Shown: piece after piece, positions 1 through 11,108 of the stretch
How positions within the stretch are numbered: position 1 is the stretch's first letter
Layout: each line of letters opens with the position of its first letter
Assembly (NCBI RefSeq): GCF_000973505.1
Contig: NZ_CP010048.1
Coordinates: 240,001-272,000, forward strand
Length of the DNA stretch: 32,000 nt
Direction: 5' to 3'
Origin: Candidatus Saccharimonadota bacterium
GTDB taxonomy: Bacteria > Pseudomonadota > Gammaproteobacteria > Enterobacterales > Enterobacteriaceae
Program-made: the position numbers and the translations under genes
The notes under the pieces: generated by a model
What the model was told of the DNA's origin: nothing
Seen by the model: the letters and a program-made list of their open reading frames with translations, nothing else
The model's database searches: none

Positions 1-27
1 AATAAAATTTTTATTATTAAAAAGTAA
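1..27 (+). CDS. rpmC: possible 3' end of the 50S ribosomal protein L29 gene (partial, runs off the window start)
   Basis: Frame 1 reads NKIFIIKK and stops at TAA 25-27, 33 nt upstream of rpsQ. The position fits the S10-operon order rpmC-rpsQ. Only 8 codons are visible, so the call rests on synteny alone. Confidence 0.3.
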   Translation, partial: NKIFIIKK

Positions 28-60
28 TTCAAAAAAACATAAAACATAAAGGTTGTGTAA

Positions 61-312
61 ATGTCTAAAGTGCGAGTGTTGTATGGTCGTGTACTTAGTA
101 GTAAGATGGATAAAACGGTTGTTGTTGTTATTGATCGATGTGTGAAACATTCTTTATATGGAAAATTTATTAAGCGAACAACTAAGTTGCATGTTCATGA
201 TGAGTGCAATAATGCCCGTGTTGGTGATGTGGTTTCGATAAAAGAGTGTCGCCCTATTTCTAAAACTAAGTCATGGAAATTAGTATCTGTTGTGGAAACA
301 ACAGTTTTATAG
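61..312 (+). CDS. rpsQ: 30S ribosomal protein S17
   Basis: The 83-aa ORF aligns end to end with E. coli S17 ([25 protein letters not shown]). Confidence 0.96.
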   Translation: MSKVRVLYGRVLSSKMDKTVVVVIDRCVKHSLYGKFIKRTTKLHVHDECNNARVGDVVSIKECRPISKTKSWKLVSVVETTVL

Positions 313-400
313 TTGTTATGAATTGTTGTTACTGAAAGAATTTTCAATTATTTTTTATCTTTTTTTTATTTTTTTATGTATATTGTTGAGGTGTTTCATT

Positions 401-772
401 ATGATTCAAGAGAGTAGTATTTTAAGTGTTGCTGATAATTCTGGAGCACGTCGTGTGATGTGTATTAAAGTTTTGGGGGGGTCTAAACGTCGGTATGCTA
501 ATATTGCTGATATTATTAAAGTTACTATTAAGGAAGCAAATCCTCGTAGTAAAGTGAAAAAAGGTGATGTATTGAAAGCTGTTGTTGTTCGTACAAAGAA
601 AGGTTTATCTCGTTTAGATGGTTCATTTATTCGATTTGATAATAACGCTTGTGTTTTGCTTCATGATGTTACTGAACAGCCGATCGGAACTCGTATTTTT
701 GGTCCAATTACTCGTGAGTTGCGTATTGAAAAATTTAATAAAATTGTTTCTTTAGCACCTGAAGTTTTATAA
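401..772 (+). CDS. rplN: 50S ribosomal protein L14
   Basis: From ATG 401 the product [27 protein letters not shown]... is 123 aa and collinear with E. coli L14. The ORF-track start at 290 is a 5' over-extension. Confidence 0.96.
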   Translation: MIQESSILSVADNSGARRVMCIKVLGGSKRRYANIADIIKVTIKEANPRSKVKKGDVLKAVVVRTKKGLSRLDGSFIRFDNNACVLLHDVTEQPIGTRIFGPITRELRIEKFNKIVSLAPEVL

Positions 773-804
773 GTATTTTAATGATTTTGCTGGAGTATGA
801 CATC

Positions 805-1119
805 ATGGCAAGAAAAATTCGTTGTAATGATGAAGTGATTGTGTTAACTGGTAAAGATAAGGGAAAACGCGGAAGAGTTCAGAGTATAGTATCTCCAAAT
901 AAAGCTATTATTACAGGCATTAATGTCGTTAAAAAACATCAAAAACCGATACCTGCAATAAATCAACCTGGTGGTGTTATTAAAAAAGAAAAGGCGATTG
1001 ATCTTTCTAATGTCGCGATATTTAATCATTCTTCCTTTAAGGCGGATCGGGTAGGATTTAGAATGCAAGGTTGTAAAAAAGTACGAATTTTGAAGTCCTC
1101 TGGAAAGGTGATTGATTAA
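805..1119 (+). CDS. rplX: 50S ribosomal protein L24
   Basis: From ATG 805 the product [23 protein letters not shown]... is 104 aa, the same length as E. coli L24. Confidence 0.95.
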   Translation: MARKIRCNDEVIVLTGKDKGKRGRVQSIVSPNKAIITGINVVKKHQKPIPAINQPGGVIKKEKAIDLSNVAIFNHSSFKADRVGFRMQGCKKVRILKSSGKVID

Positions 1120-1155
1120 ATATTTATTAACAATGATATGGGAGTTTTATATTTC

Positions 1156-1695
1156 ATGAGGTTGTATGATTTTTATAAGAAAAATGTGATTCCTCAATTG
1201 ATGAAAAAATTTCAATATACGTCAGTTATGCAGGTTCCTTGTTTTCAGAAAATAACTATTAATATGGGTGTTGGTGGCTCAGTATCTGATAAAAAGTTGT
1301 TGGATAGTGCAATGAATGATTTGATGATTATTTCTGGTCAAAAGCCTATTTTGACATATGCCCGTAAGTCTATTGCTAGTTTTAAAATTCGTCAGGGGCA
1401 TCCAATTGGATGTAAAGTTACCTTACGTAATTTTCGCATGTGGGAGTTTTTTGAGCGTTTAATTTTTATTGTTATTCCACGTATTCGTGATTTTCGTGGT
1501 TTGTCTTCTAAGTCATTTGATACCAGTGGTAATTATAGTTTAGGAATACGTGAGCAGATTATTTTTCCTGAAATTGATTATGATAAGGTTGATACTATTC
1601 GTGGGATGGATATTACTATTACTATAAATTCTAGATCGTATGATGAAAGTTATGCTTTATTATGTTCATTTAATTTTCCGTTTCGACGTAGTTAA
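1156..1695 (+). CDS. rplE: 50S ribosomal protein L5
   Basis: From ATG 1156 (GGGAG at 1139-1143) the 179-aa product is collinear with E. coli L5 ([33 protein letters not shown]). Confidence 0.96.
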   Translation: MRLYDFYKKNVIPQLMKKFQYTSVMQVPCFQKITINMGVGGSVSDKKLLDSAMNDLMIISGQKPILTYARKSIASFKIRQGHPIGCKVTLRNFRMWEFFERLIFIVIPRIRDFRGLSSKSFDTSGNYSLGIREQIIFPEIDYDKVDTIRGMDITITINSRSYDESYALLCSFNFPFRRS

Positions 1696-1767
1696 TTATT
1701 AATCTTACAGAATGAATAACTAACAATGTTGATGCAATAAAAAAAAATTATGGAGGAATAGAAACAA

Positions 1768-2073
1768 GTGGCTAAGGAATCACTTAAAGCACGTGAGTTA
1801 AAGCGTTTAAAGTTAGCTAATAAATATTTTTTCAAGCGGCGTTCATTAAAATCTATTATTTTGAATATGAAAATTTCTCAAGAAGAACGTTGGGAGGCTG
1901 TTCTTAAATTGCAGATGCTTCCTCGGGATTCTAGTGTTTCACGGCAACGTAAACGGTGTTATCAAACTGGACGTCCTCATGCTGTTTTGAGAAAATTTGG
2001 TTTAAGTCGTATGAAATTACGTGAGGCAGCTATGCGTGGTGAAATTCCAGGTTTAAGAAAAGCTAGTTGGTGA
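1768..2073 (+). CDS. rpsN: 30S ribosomal protein S14
   Basis: GTG start preceded by GGAGGA. The 101-aa product matches E. coli S14 ([33 protein letters not shown]). It ends with TGG TGA. Confidence 0.95.
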   Translation: MAKESLKARELKRLKLANKYFFKRRSLKSIILNMKISQEERWEAVLKLQMLPRDSSVSRQRKRCYQTGRPHAVLRKFGLSRMKLREAAMRGEIPGLRKASW

Positions 2074-2095
2074 GTTTAATAGAAGGGTCATAAAA

Positions 2096-2497
2096 ATGAG
2101 TATGCAAGATCCAATTGCTGATATGTTAACATGTATACGTAACGGGCAGATGGCGAAAAAAAATCTAGTGACTGTGCCATCTTCTAAGATAAAGATCAAT
2201 ATTGCAATTTTGTTAAAACAAGAAGGTTTTATTGGAGACTATGCAATTATTAAAAATATTAAAAATAATAAACCTTATTTGTCATTAACATTGAAATATT
2301 TTAATCAAAAACCAGTGATAGAAAATATACAGCGTGTTAGTCGTCCGGGTTTACGTGTTTATAGAAAAAAAAATAGTTTACCGATCATAATGTCAGGTAT
2401 GGGGGTTGCTATCATTTCCACCTCTCATGGGGTTATGACTGATCGTTTAGCACGTCAAATGGGCCTTGGGGGGGAAGTCATTTGTTATATATCATAA
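2096..2497 (+). CDS. rpsH: 30S ribosomal protein S8
   Basis: [17 protein letters not shown] at the N-terminus and GGE-ICY at the C-terminus match E. coli S8. Confidence 0.96.
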   Translation: MSMQDPIADMLTCIRNGQMAKKNLVTVPSSKIKINIAILLKQEGFIGDYAIIKNIKNNKPYLSLTLKYFNQKPVIENIQRVSRPGLRVYRKKNSLPIIMSGMGVAIISTSHGVMTDRLARQMGLGGEVICYIS

Positions 2498-2554
2498 GTA
2501 AATCAAATGATAATTTTAGATTAGAGTTGTACAGAAGAATTCGGGAGTTATAGA

Positions 2555-3094
2555 ATGTCGCGTCTTGTAGAATCAACAATTTGCATTCCTAATGACGTAA
2601 AAATGATAATTAAGGATCGGGTAGTTTTAGTGCAGGGTAATCTTGGTTTGTTGACCCATTTTTTACATAATATATTGGATTGTAAGATAATTGATAAGAA
2701 TTGTATTTTATCATTCCGTTCAAAAAATAGATTAGTGAATAATAGGTCTTTGTTAGGTACCACATATGCGTTATTGCGTGCTATGATATTTGGTGTGAGT
2801 TTTGGTTTTATAAAAAAGTTACAGTTAGTTGGGGTTGGTTATCGGGTAGCGATTAATGATAATATTATAACTCTTATGGTAGGTTTTTCTCATGTTGTTA
2901 ATTATAAAGTCCCAGATGGGATAATTGCGACTTGTCCTAGTTTGGTAGATATTGTATTGAGAAGCGCGAATAAACAATTGCTTGGGCAGTTTGCTGCCAA
3001 TTTACGTGCGATTCGTCCACCAGAACCTTTTAGTGGAAAGGGAATTCGTTATGAAGGAGAGATTGTACATATCAAGGATATAAAAAAGAAGTGA
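2555..3094 (+). CDS. rplF: 50S ribosomal protein L6
   Basis: The 179-aa product carries KKLQLVGVGYR, LGFSH and RPPEP-GKG-RY as in E. coli L6. The N-terminal half is more diverged. Confidence 0.92.
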   Translation: MSRLVESTICIPNDVKMIIKDRVVLVQGNLGLLTHFLHNILDCKIIDKNCILSFRSKNRLVNNRSLLGTTYALLRAMIFGVSFGFIKKLQLVGVGYRVAINDNIITLMVGFSHVVNYKVPDGIIATCPSLVDIVLRSANKQLLGQFAANLRAIRPPEPFSGKGIRYEGEIVHIKDIKKK

Positions 3095-3142
3095 ATTTAT
3101 TATTATTTTTATGAATGTTGTTTAAATTACGAGGTTAGGTAC

Positions 3143-3496
3143 ATGGATAAAAAATTAGCTCGGATTCGTCGAGGTGCTAGGCTTCGTTATAATTTGAGAA
3201 AATTGGGTGCAGTGCGTTTAGTGGTTCATCGTACTTCAAGACATATATATGCACAAATAATTTCGCCCGATACTTCTAAAGTATTGGTTGCTGCTTCAAC
3301 AGTAGAAAGAGTGATTAGAGAAAATTTGAAATTTACTGGAAATAAATATGCTGCTGGTGTAGTTGGTCAGATAATTGCAGAACGTGCATTAAATAAAGAT
3401 ATTTCTAAGATATCTTTTGATCGTTCTGGTTATAAATACCATGGTCGTGTGCAAGCATTAGCAGAATCAGCACGAAAATTTGGAATAAATTTTTAA
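3143..3496 (+). CDS. rplR: 50S ribosomal protein L18
   Basis: The 117-aa product has MDKK-ARIRR and HIYAQ motifs, ends in [22 protein letters not shown], and sits between rplF and rpsE. Confidence 0.94.
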   Translation: MDKKLARIRRGARLRYNLRKLGAVRLVVHRTSRHIYAQIISPDTSKVLVAASTVERVIRENLKFTGNKYAAGVVGQIIAERALNKDISKISFDRSGYKYHGRVQALAESARKFGINF

Positions 3497-3566
3497 GTAA
3501 TTAGTAAAAATAAATCATTATATATAAAATTATAAAATAATATTACAACAAAAGGATGTAATTAAA

Positions 3567-4082
3567 GTGGCACGGGATATTGATAAGCAGTTCATTAGTA
3601 GTGAGTTTAAAGAAAAGTTAATTGTAGTTAATCGAGTATCTAAAACTGTCAAAGGGGGTAGAATTTTTAGTTTTACCGCGTTGACTGTTGTAGGTGATGG
3701 GAATGGTCGTGTAGGTTTTGGGTATGGAAAAGCGAGAGAGGTGCCATCTGCTATTCAAAAATCCATGGATAAGGCTCGTAGAAATATGATTAGTATTCCT
3801 TTGAAAAAAGGAACTTTACAACATTCTATTATAGGGGTGTATACGGGTTCTTGTGTTTTTATGAAACCTGCGTTTGATGGAACAGGAATTATTGCTGGGT
3901 GTTCCATGCGTGCTATTTTAGAGGTAGCTGGTGTGCATAATGTATTGGCTAAGTCTTATGGTTCTACAAATCCTATTAATATTGTTCGTGCTACTATGAC
4001 AGCGTTGAGTAACATGAAATCACCTGAGATGGTGGCTGCCAAGCGCGGTAAAACAGTTCAAGAAATATTTGGTGTTATATAA
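3567..4082 (+). CDS. rpsE: 30S ribosomal protein S5
   Basis: GTG start. The product contains [40 protein letters not shown], identical to E. coli S5 over this block. Confidence 0.96.
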   Translation: MARDIDKQFISSEFKEKLIVVNRVSKTVKGGRIFSFTALTVVGDGNGRVGFGYGKAREVPSAIQKSMDKARRNMISIPLKKGTLQHSIIGVYTGSCVFMKPAFDGTGIIAGCSMRAILEVAGVHNVLAKSYGSTNPINIVRATMTALSNMKSPEMVAAKRGKTVQEIFGVI

Positions 4083-4138
4083 ATGAGTAAAATTGCTTTA
4101 TGTTTTTTAGAGTGGTTTGATTTATGAAGGAGTTTCAG

Positions 4139-4573
4139 ATGCGTTTAAATACTATTTCGCCAGCTCGTCAATCTAAAAAATCAATAAAACGTTTAGGTCG
4201 GGGGATTGGTTCTGGATTAGGCAAAACTTGTGGTCGAGGTCATAAAGGACAAAAATCTCGTTCTGGTTGTTCTTTGGCTTCTTCTTTTGAAGGAGGACAG
4301 ATGCCTTTATATCGTCGGGTGCCAAAATTTGGTTTTAGATCACGTAAATCGTTATTTACTGACGAGGTGAGGCTATCAGATCTTTCGTGTATTAAAAATA
4401 ACATAGTGGATTTAAAATTATTGAAGTCATTAAATATTATCCCACGGAAGGTTAAATATGTTAAAATAATAAAATTTGGTACCGTAAAATATCCTTATAT
4501 TATACGTAATATACGTGTTACTCGTGGTGTTCGTTTTATGGTTGAAGCTGTTGGTGGTGTTGTTGAGGATTAA
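4139..4573 (+). CDS. rplO: 50S ribosomal protein L15
   Basis: From ATG 4139 (AAGGAG at 4127-4132) the product MRLNTISPA... is 144 aa, the same length as E. coli L15 ([28 protein letters not shown]). The ORF-track start at 4124 is unlikely. Confidence 0.95.
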   Translation: MRLNTISPARQSKKSIKRLGRGIGSGLGKTCGRGHKGQKSRSGCSLASSFEGGQMPLYRRVPKFGFRSRKSLFTDEVRLSDLSCIKNNIVDLKLLKSLNIIPRKVKYVKIIKFGTVKYPYIIRNIRVTRGVRFMVEAVGGVVED

Positions 4574-4580
4574 TTAATAA

Positions 4581-5909
4581 ATGATAAAAACATCAAAATT
4601 ATGTTATGAAAATATTAAAGGTGGTTTTTATACATTAAGGCGTAGGTTATTTTTTGTTGTGGGAGCACTTATTATTTTTCGTATTGGATCATTTATTCCT
4701 ATACCTGGAATTGATATCCGTGTTTTTACAAAAATATTAGAACAACAACAAGGTACGATTATTGAAATGTTTAATATGTTTTCTGGTGGTGCCTTGAGTC
4801 GTGCTTCTGTTTTTAGTTTAGGTATTATGCCATATATTTCATCATCGATTATTGTTCAATTGTTATCATCAGTACACCCTAAATTAATTGAATTAAAGAA
4901 AGAAGGTGAAGCTGGTCGTCGAAAAATTAATTCTTTTATTCGTTATGGGACTTTGTTTTTAGGTATATTTCAAGCGATAGGGATTGCTACTGGATTACTT
5001 AGTATTTCTGGTATACATCATGGATTGATTGTTAATCCATGTATTTCGTTTTATTTCATTGTAGTTACAAGTCTGGTTTGTGGCACTATTTTTTTAATGT
5101 GGTTAGGTGAACAAATTACTCATCGGGGTATAGGAAATGGTATTTCAATTATCATTTTTTCTGGTATAGTCGCAGAGTTGCCAGTTGCAGTTCTCCATAC
5201 TATCGAGCATGCCCGACAGGGTGAATTACATTTTTTTGTATTAATATTAGTATCTATATTAATATTATTGATTACTTTTTTTGTTGTTTTTATTGAAAGA
5301 GGTCAACGTTGTATAATTGTTCATTATGCTAAAAAACAACATGGTCGAAAGATTTATACTCCTCAGAGTACTCATTTGCCACTTAAAGTAAATATGGCTG
5401 GTGTAATTCCAGCGATTTTTGCATCGAGTGTGATTCTGTTTCCAGGAACGATTACATCGTGGTTTGGTGATGGGATAGGATGGAATTGGTTAACTGTAAT
5501 TTCTTTTTATTTACAGCCTGGTCAGTTTTTGTATATTATATTATATGCTGTTGCTATTATATTTTTTTGTTTTTTTTATACATCTTTGGTATTTAATGCT
5601 AGGGAAACTTCTGAGAATTTAAAAAAATCTGGTGCCTTTGTTCCGGGTATTCGTCCAGGCGAGCAAACAGCTAGGTATATTAATAAAGTAATGGTTCGTT
5701 TAACTTTATTTGGAGCAGTATATATAACTTTTATTTGTTTAGTTCCAGAATTATTAAGAGTTACTATGCATGTTCCTTTTTATTTTGGCGGAACGTCATT
5801 ATTGATTGTCGTTATAGTAATTATGGATTTTATAGTGCAGGTTCAAACTTTATTGATGTCTACTCAATATGAATCTGTGTTAAAAAAAACACATTTGAAA
5901 GGTTTTTAA
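4581..5909 (+). CDS. secY: preprotein translocase subunit SecY
   Basis: The 442-aa product is collinear with E. coli SecY ([61 protein letters not shown]). Confidence 0.97.
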   Translation: MIKTSKLCYENIKGGFYTLRRRLFFVVGALIIFRIGSFIPIPGIDIRVFTKILEQQQGTIIEMFNMFSGGALSRASVFSLGIMPYISSSIIVQLLSSVHPKLIELKKEGEAGRRKINSFIRYGTLFLGIFQAIGIATGLLSISGIHHGLIVNPCISFYFIVVTSLVCGTIFLMWLGEQITHRGIGNGISIIIFSGIVAELPVAVLHTIEHARQGELHFFVLILVSILILLITFFVVFIERGQRCIIVHYAKKQHGRKIYTPQSTHLPLKVNMAGVIPAIFASSVILFPGTITSWFGDGIGWNWLTVISFYLQPGQFLYIILYAVAIIFFCFFYTSLVFNARETSENLKKSGAFVPGIRPGEQTARYINKVMVRLTLFGAVYITFICLVPELLRVTMHVPFYFGGTSLLIVVIVIMDFIVQVQTLLMSTQYESVLKKTHLKGF

Positions 5910-5996
5910 CTGAAAAAATCATTTTTGTTAATTTATAATAAAAATTGACGTTTTTGTTTTTTCAATATAAAGCATCTCATGAAGAGGTAGTAATAA

Positions 5997-6113
5997 ATGA
6001 AGGTTCGAGCTTCAGTGAAAAAATTTTGTAAGCAATGTATAATTGTTAAAAGGAAGAGGATAGTGCGTGTCATTTGTCGAAATACAGCAAAACATAAACA
6101 AAGACAGGGATAA
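5997..6113 (+). CDS. rpmJ: 50S ribosomal protein L36
   Basis: This 38-codon ORF is below the ORF-track cutoff. It reads [38 protein letters not shown], with AGAGG 8 nt upstream, and sits after secY as expected. Confidence 0.93.
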   Translation: MKVRASVKKFCKQCIIVKRKRIVRVICRNTAKHKQRQG

Positions 6114-6252
6114 TATAATGATATATTTAAATATTAATAATTTGTACTATTTTGTTATTTTTCAAAATTTTATTCGAGAGTTTTTTTAAGAATATGTTAG
6201 TTAGATAATATTATATATTGTATTAAATTTTTTTGTAGGAGTGTATAATTCA

Positions 6253-6609
6253 GTGGTGCGTATAGTAGGAATAAATTTGCCTGATTATAAACATGTTTTT
6301 ATTGCATTGATGCTAATTTACGGAATTGGTAGGTCGCGTGCTCGTTCTATTTGCGCGGCTGTGGGTATTTCTGAGCATATTACACTTGGTAAATTATCTG
6401 AAGAGCAGATCGATAATTTACGTAATGTAGTATCTAAATATGTTACAGAAGGTGATTTGCGTCGTGAAGTGTCGTTAAATATTAAACGATTAATAGATCT
6501 AGGTACTTATCGAGGTTTAAGACATCGTCGGAATCTTCCAGTGCGCGGTCAGAGAACGAGGACAAATGCACGAACTCGAAAAGGTCCTAAGAAAACAGTT
6601 AATAGATAA
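6253..6609 (+). CDS. rpsM: 30S ribosomal protein S13
   Basis: Starting at GTG 6253 (AGGAG at 6237-6241) gives [14 protein letters not shown]... and a 118-aa product, the same length and N-terminus as E. coli S13. The ORF-track start at 6241 adds 4 unsupported residues. Confidence 0.93.
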   Translation: MVRIVGINLPDYKHVFIALMLIYGIGRSRARSICAAVGISEHITLGKLSEEQIDNLRNVVSKYVTEGDLRREVSLNIKRLIDLGTYRGLRHRRNLPVRGQRTRTNARTRKGPKKTVNR

Positions 6610-6637
6610 TATTTTTTAAGGAGTGTAATTAGGTAAC

Positions 6638-7033
6638 ATGGTTAAATCGAGTAGTCAGTTTCGAACAAAAAAGCGTGTCAAAAAGCAAATTTTAGATGGA
6701 ATAGCATATATACATGCATCTTTTAATAATACGATTGTTACAATTACTGATCGTCATGGTAATACTTTAGCTTGGGCAACATCTGGTGGTTCAGGTTTTC
6801 GTGGTTCTAGAAAATCAACTCCGTTTGCAGCACAGGTTGCAGCTGAAAAATGTGCGGAGTTAGCACAGGAGTATGGGATAAAAAATTTAGAGGTTATGAT
6901 AAAGGGTCCTGGTCCAGGTCGTGAGTCTACAGTTCGCGCATTAAATTCGGCAGGATTTCGTATTACCAATATTACCGATATTACCCCTATTCCGCATAAT
7001 GGATGTCGGCCTGCTAAAAAAAGAAGAGTATAA
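6638..7033 (+). CDS. rpsK: 30S ribosomal protein S11
   Basis: [35 protein letters not shown] and [19 protein letters not shown] match E. coli S11. Confidence 0.97.
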   Translation: MVKSSSQFRTKKRVKKQILDGIAYIHASFNNTIVTITDRHGNTLAWATSGGSGFRGSRKSTPFAAQVAAEKCAELAQEYGIKNLEVMIKGPGPGRESTVRALNSAGFRITNITDITPIPHNGCRPAKKRRV

Positions 7034-7159
7034 TATCACAAATATATGATAAATTGTATTTATAAATTCATGATGTTTATTATTAATTTTTCGTTGTGTT
7101 ACTAATATACAGGTTATTGCAATACAGGAATAATTATATATATAAAGGAATAATTATAT

Positions 7160-7780
7160 ATGGCAAAATATTTAGGACCTAAATTAAAATTAAGTCGTCG
7201 TGAAGGAACAGATCTTTTTTTAAAATCTGGTGTGCGTTCAATTGATTCTAAATGTAAAATTGATCAATTACCAGGTCAACACGGCATTCGTAAGCCGAGA
7301 TTATCAGATTATGGTCGTCAATTAAGAGAAAAACAAAAAGTTCGGCGTTTATATGGTATTTTAGAACGTCAATTTTCTAATTATTATAAAAAAGCAGCAA
7401 GATTTAAGGGAAATACTGGAGAAAATTTATTAAAATTATTAGAGGGACGATTAGATAATGTTGTTTATAGAATGGGTTTTTCTGCTACACGTTTTGAGTC
7501 TCGTCAATTAGTTAGTCATAAATCTATTATGGTGAATAATCGTGTGGTGAATATCCCGTCTTATCAATTAATGCCGAATGATATAGTTTCTGTATCTGAA
7601 AAATCTAAACAGCAATTGCGAATTCATGCTGCGTTAGAATTATTTGAGAATCGTGAAAAAATAGATTGGATTAATGTTGATAAAACTAAATTGAAAGGTA
7701 TTTTTAAACGATTTCCGGAACGTAGTGAATTGTCAGCGGATATTGATGAGCATTTAATTATTGAATTGTATTCTAAATAA
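7160..7780 (+). CDS. rpsD: 30S ribosomal protein S4
   Basis: The 206-aa product has [24 protein letters not shown] and [14 protein letters not shown], the same length as E. coli S4. Confidence 0.97.
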   Translation: MAKYLGPKLKLSRREGTDLFLKSGVRSIDSKCKIDQLPGQHGIRKPRLSDYGRQLREKQKVRRLYGILERQFSNYYKKAARFKGNTGENLLKLLEGRLDNVVYRMGFSATRFESRQLVSHKSIMVNNRVVNIPSYQLMPNDIVSVSEKSKQQLRIHAALELFENREKIDWINVDKTKLKGIFKRFPERSELSADIDEHLIIELYSK

Positions 7781-7820
7781 TATTTAGTGGTGATATATTG
7801 GAGATAATACAGGGGGCGGT

Positions 7821-8831
7821 ATGCGACAAGTTGCTTTGAAAAATTTTTTAAAGCCTCGGATTGTAGATATCGAACAAATTAGTTTGACTCATAGTAAAGT
7901 GACGCTTGAGCCTTTAGAACGTGGTTTTGGTCATACTTTAGGTAATGCATTGCGTCGTATATTGTTGTCATCCATGCCTGGTTATGCAGTTACTGAAGTA
8001 GAAATTGATGGAGTATTGCATGAATATAGTACAAAAGAAGGCGTCCAGGAAGATGTTTTAGAAATTTTATTAAATTTTAAAGAATTAGCGGTAAAAGTGC
8101 AGGGTAAGGATCATGTAATATTAACGTTGCATAAGTCTGGTGTTGGTCCTGTTCAGGGATCTGATATCATTCATGATACTAGTGTTGATATAATGAATCC
8201 TGAGCATGTTTTATGTCATTTGACTGCAAATGATGCGTCAATTGATATGCGTATTAAAGTTCAATGTGGTCGTGGTTATGTGCCTGCAAATTCTAGACTT
8301 TTATCTAACACTGAGATTGTAAGTGAGTTATCTGTAGGACGTTTGTTAGTAGATGCTTGTTATAGTCCAGTATCACGAGTTTTTTACAATGTAGAAGCGG
8401 CTCGTGTTGAACAACGTACTGATTTAGATAAATTGGTTATTGATATAGAAACTAATGGGACTATTGAACCGGAAGAGGCTATTCGTTGTTCAGCTACTAT
8501 TTTATCTGAACAATTGATTGCGTTTGTTGATTTGCGTGATGTACATCAGCAAGAGGTCCAGGAAGAAAAACCTGAATTTGATCCTATTCTGTTGCGTCCT
8601 GTAGATGATCTTGAGTTAACTGTGCGTTCTGCTAATTGCTTAAAGGCAGAGTCCATTCATTATATTGGAGATTTAGTTCAACGAACTGAAGTTGAATTAT
8701 TGAGGACACCGAATTTAGGTAAAAAATCTCTTGCAGAAATTAAAGATGTTTTAGCTGCTCGTGGATTATTTTTGGGAGCACATTTTGATAACTGGCCTCC
8801 GAAAAGTATTGTCGATACGATAGTTGAGTAG
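7821..8831 (+). CDS. rpoA: DNA-directed RNA polymerase subunit alpha
   Basis: The 336-aa product contains long blocks identical to E. coli RpoA ([55 protein letters not shown]). Confidence 0.98.
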   Translation: MRQVALKNFLKPRIVDIEQISLTHSKVTLEPLERGFGHTLGNALRRILLSSMPGYAVTEVEIDGVLHEYSTKEGVQEDVLEILLNFKELAVKVQGKDHVILTLHKSGVGPVQGSDIIHDTSVDIMNPEHVLCHLTANDASIDMRIKVQCGRGYVPANSRLLSNTEIVSELSVGRLLVDACYSPVSRVFYNVEAARVEQRTDLDKLVIDIETNGTIEPEEAIRCSATILSEQLIAFVDLRDVHQQEVQEEKPEFDPILLRPVDDLELTVRSANCLKAESIHYIGDLVQRTEVELLRTPNLGKKSLAEIKDVLAARGLFLGAHFDNWPPKSIVDTIVE

Positions 8832-8905
8832 TAAAAATTATAAATTGATTTAACAAGATAGGGTAGAGAAAATGTTGTCCAGGAGAGCAAATGGGGGGGT
8901 TGCTT

Positions 8906-9325
8906 ATGCGTCATCGTAAGATTGGTCGTAAGTTTAATCGTACTAGTTCACATCGTAAGTTGATGTTAAGGAATATGACAGTTTCATTGCTGTATCATAC
9001 AATCATTAAAACAACTTTAGCAAAAGCTAAAGAGTTACGTCGTGTTGTTGAACCTATAATTACGTTATCTAAATTTGACACTTTAGCAAATAGACGTTTG
9101 GTGTTTTCTAAATTAAGAAATAATAGGGCACTAAATATATTGTTTCATCAATTAGGTCCTCATTTTGTCAATCGTCCTGGTGGTTATACGCGTATTTTGA
9201 AATATGGAATACGTACAGGAGATAATGCTCCTATGGCTTATATTGAGTTAGTTGATCGAGTTTTATTAAAGGACAACAGTGAGAGTAAGAGTAATGGATT
9301 TCGTGGTATTAGTATGAAAAAATAA
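8906..9325 (+). CDS. rplQ: 50S ribosomal protein L17
   Basis: From ATG 8906 the product MRHRK-GRK-NR-SSHR... matches the E. coli L17 N-terminus, and [14 protein letters not shown] is present. The ORF-track start at 8891 adds 5 residues not seen in homologs. Confidence 0.94.
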   Translation: MRHRKIGRKFNRTSSHRKLMLRNMTVSLLYHTIIKTTLAKAKELRRVVEPIITLSKFDTLANRRLVFSKLRNNRALNILFHQLGPHFVNRPGGYTRILKYGIRTGDNAPMAYIELVDRVLLKDNSESKSNGFRGISMKK

Positions 9326-9388
9326 TTCAGTGGTTTTATATTTAAAATGTTTTTGAATTTTGCATTGTTGCAGATGTGTTTTTATTTT

Positions 9389-10345
9389 TTAAGATAAAAT
9401 AGTGCCGGGTATAAACCAGTTTTTTTTTGAATTTAGTAGATCTTTAATTGAAATTATTTTTTTCCCTTCTATTTGTACTAATTTTAGGATTAATGATCCA
9501 TCATTTGTGGCAATGGTAATTCCTGATTGTTGTATTGTTAATATTGTACCTGCTGTTGTTTTTTGTTGTCTGTTTATGTTATTAATTGTTGCTTCCCATA
9601 TTTTGATTCTTTTTTTATGTATGTGAAAATAGGTAACAGGCCATGGATTAAAAGCTCGTATACGGCGTTCTAATTGTATAGAAGGTGTATTCCAATTAAT
9701 TTTTCCTTCTTGTTTATCTATTTTTTTAGCATATGTGGCAAGCTTATTATTTTGAGGTATAGCGCGATTTTTCCCAGATATGATTTGTTGTAATGTATAT
9801 AATAGTGCTTTAGTTCCAATATTAATTAGTTTTTTATATATCTCGAGACTGGTATCATGAGGTAAGATGCTACAGGTGTCTTTGTATAATATATGTCCGG
9901 TGTCTATGCCAGTGTCCATTTGTATGATACTGATACCGGTCTTTGTATCTCCGGCTTCTATTGCGCGTTGTATGGGAGCTGCTCCTCTCCAACGGGGCAA
10001 TAATGATCCATGTACGTTGATGCAGCCTAATGGTGGTAAATTTAATATTTTTTGAGGTATGATTAATCCGTAGGAAACAACTATTATAATATCTGGATTA
10101 AGATGTTGGATGGTTTGTATAATTTGATTTGTATTTAGACATTTTGGTTGAAATATTGGTAATTTATTTTTGTTTGCCACATCATATACGCTGTTAGCGT
10201 ATATTTTTTTTTCATAATTAACAGGGGAATGTTTTTGTGTAAAAATTGCTAATATTTGATGTGATGATGAGTGGATTAAAGTGTATAAGTAAGATGCTGA
10301 AAAATTTGTTGTTCCAGCAAATATAATTTTTAATGATTTTTTCAT
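9389..10345 (-). CDS. fmt: methionyl-tRNA formyltransferase
   Basis: The 318-aa product has IIFAGT--F, GCINVHGSLLPRWRGAAPIQR and LERRIRAFNPWP, collinear with E. coli Fmt. It lies downstream of def as in E. coli. Confidence 0.96.
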   Translation of the reverse strand: MKKSLKIIFAGTTNFSASYLYTLIHSSSHQILAIFTQKHSPVNYEKKIYANSVYDVANKNKLPIFQPKCLNTNQIIQTIQHLNPDIIIVVSYGLIIPQKILNLPPLGCINVHGSLLPRWRGAAPIQRAIEAGDTKTGISIIQMDTGIDTGHILYKDTCSILPHDTSLEIYKKLINIGTKALLYTLQQIISGKNRAIPQNNKLATYAKKIDKQEGKINWNTPSIQLERRIRAFNPWPVTYFHIHKKRIKIWEATINNINRQQKTTAGTILTIQQSGITIATNDGSLILKLVQIEGKKIISIKDLLNSKKNWFIPGTILS

Positions 10346-10400
10346 AAATAATCTTATTGATAAAATTTATAGTAATGTGAGTAATTTGTATGTTTGAACT

Positions 10401-10874
10401 TTATGTGGTTTGTGTTAAATTTTGATGATCAGTAAGATAATCAATAAATAGTTTTCCAATTAAATGGTCTATTTCATGTTGAATACAGATTGCAAGAAGA
10501 TCACATGCTTCTATTTCAAAGGTATATCCATATTGATTTAATGCACGAACTCTTATTGTTCTTGAGCGTGTTATAAATTTATGTTGGTTAGGAATAGATA
10601 AACATCCTTCTATAATACCAGTTTCACCCGTTTTATTTAACAAATTTGGATTGATAAATACTAAGCGTTTTTTAGGGTCTTTCCATATGTCAATTACAAT
10701 AATTTGTTTATGAATATTAATTTGAGTAGCAGCTAAACCTATGCCATCATTGGAATACATAATTTCGAACATATTATATATAATAGACTGAATATTGCTG
10801 TTAATATCATTGACAGGTTTAGCAATTTTTCGTAAACGTTTATCTGGATAAATTAAAATTTTTAGTTTTGACAT
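10401..10874 (-). CDS. def: peptide deformylase
   Basis: All three deformylase motifs are present: [13 protein letters not shown] and QHEIDH. At 157 aa, the C-terminal helix is about 12 aa shorter than in E. coli Def. Confidence 0.96.
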   Translation of the reverse strand: MSKLKILIYPDKRLRKIAKPVNDINSNIQSIIYNMFEIMYSNDGIGLAATQINIHKQIIVIDIWKDPKKRLVFINPNLLNKTGETGIIEGCLSIPNQHKFITRSRTIRVRALNQYGYTFEIEACDLLAICIQHEIDHLIGKLFIDYLTDHQNLTQTT

Positions 10875-11108
10875 GTTATTTAATTATATTCTTATAAAAA
10901 GTATACTTTGTGTTAGCAGTATGTATGTAATTATACTAATTTATTTAATATGAAAGTTAAAGTTATATTTTTTTAAAAGTTGTTTAATAGGTGAATGATT
11001 TAATGCATGTTTTTTTGTATTTTTCATTAAATGTTTTATAATATACAACGATAATTCATAGTTATTTTGATAAATTATAGACACAGATAAGTATTGAAAT
11101 TTATTATT

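Noticed and set aside
326-354. TTGTTA-17-TATTTT in the 88-nt rpsQ-rplN spacer, considered as the spc-operon promoter. Also TTGACG-15-TATAAA at 5945-5971, before rpmJ.
   Set aside because: The positions are plausible, but the hexamers are weak or the spacing is suboptimal, and such matches are expected by chance in this composition. They are not reported as features.
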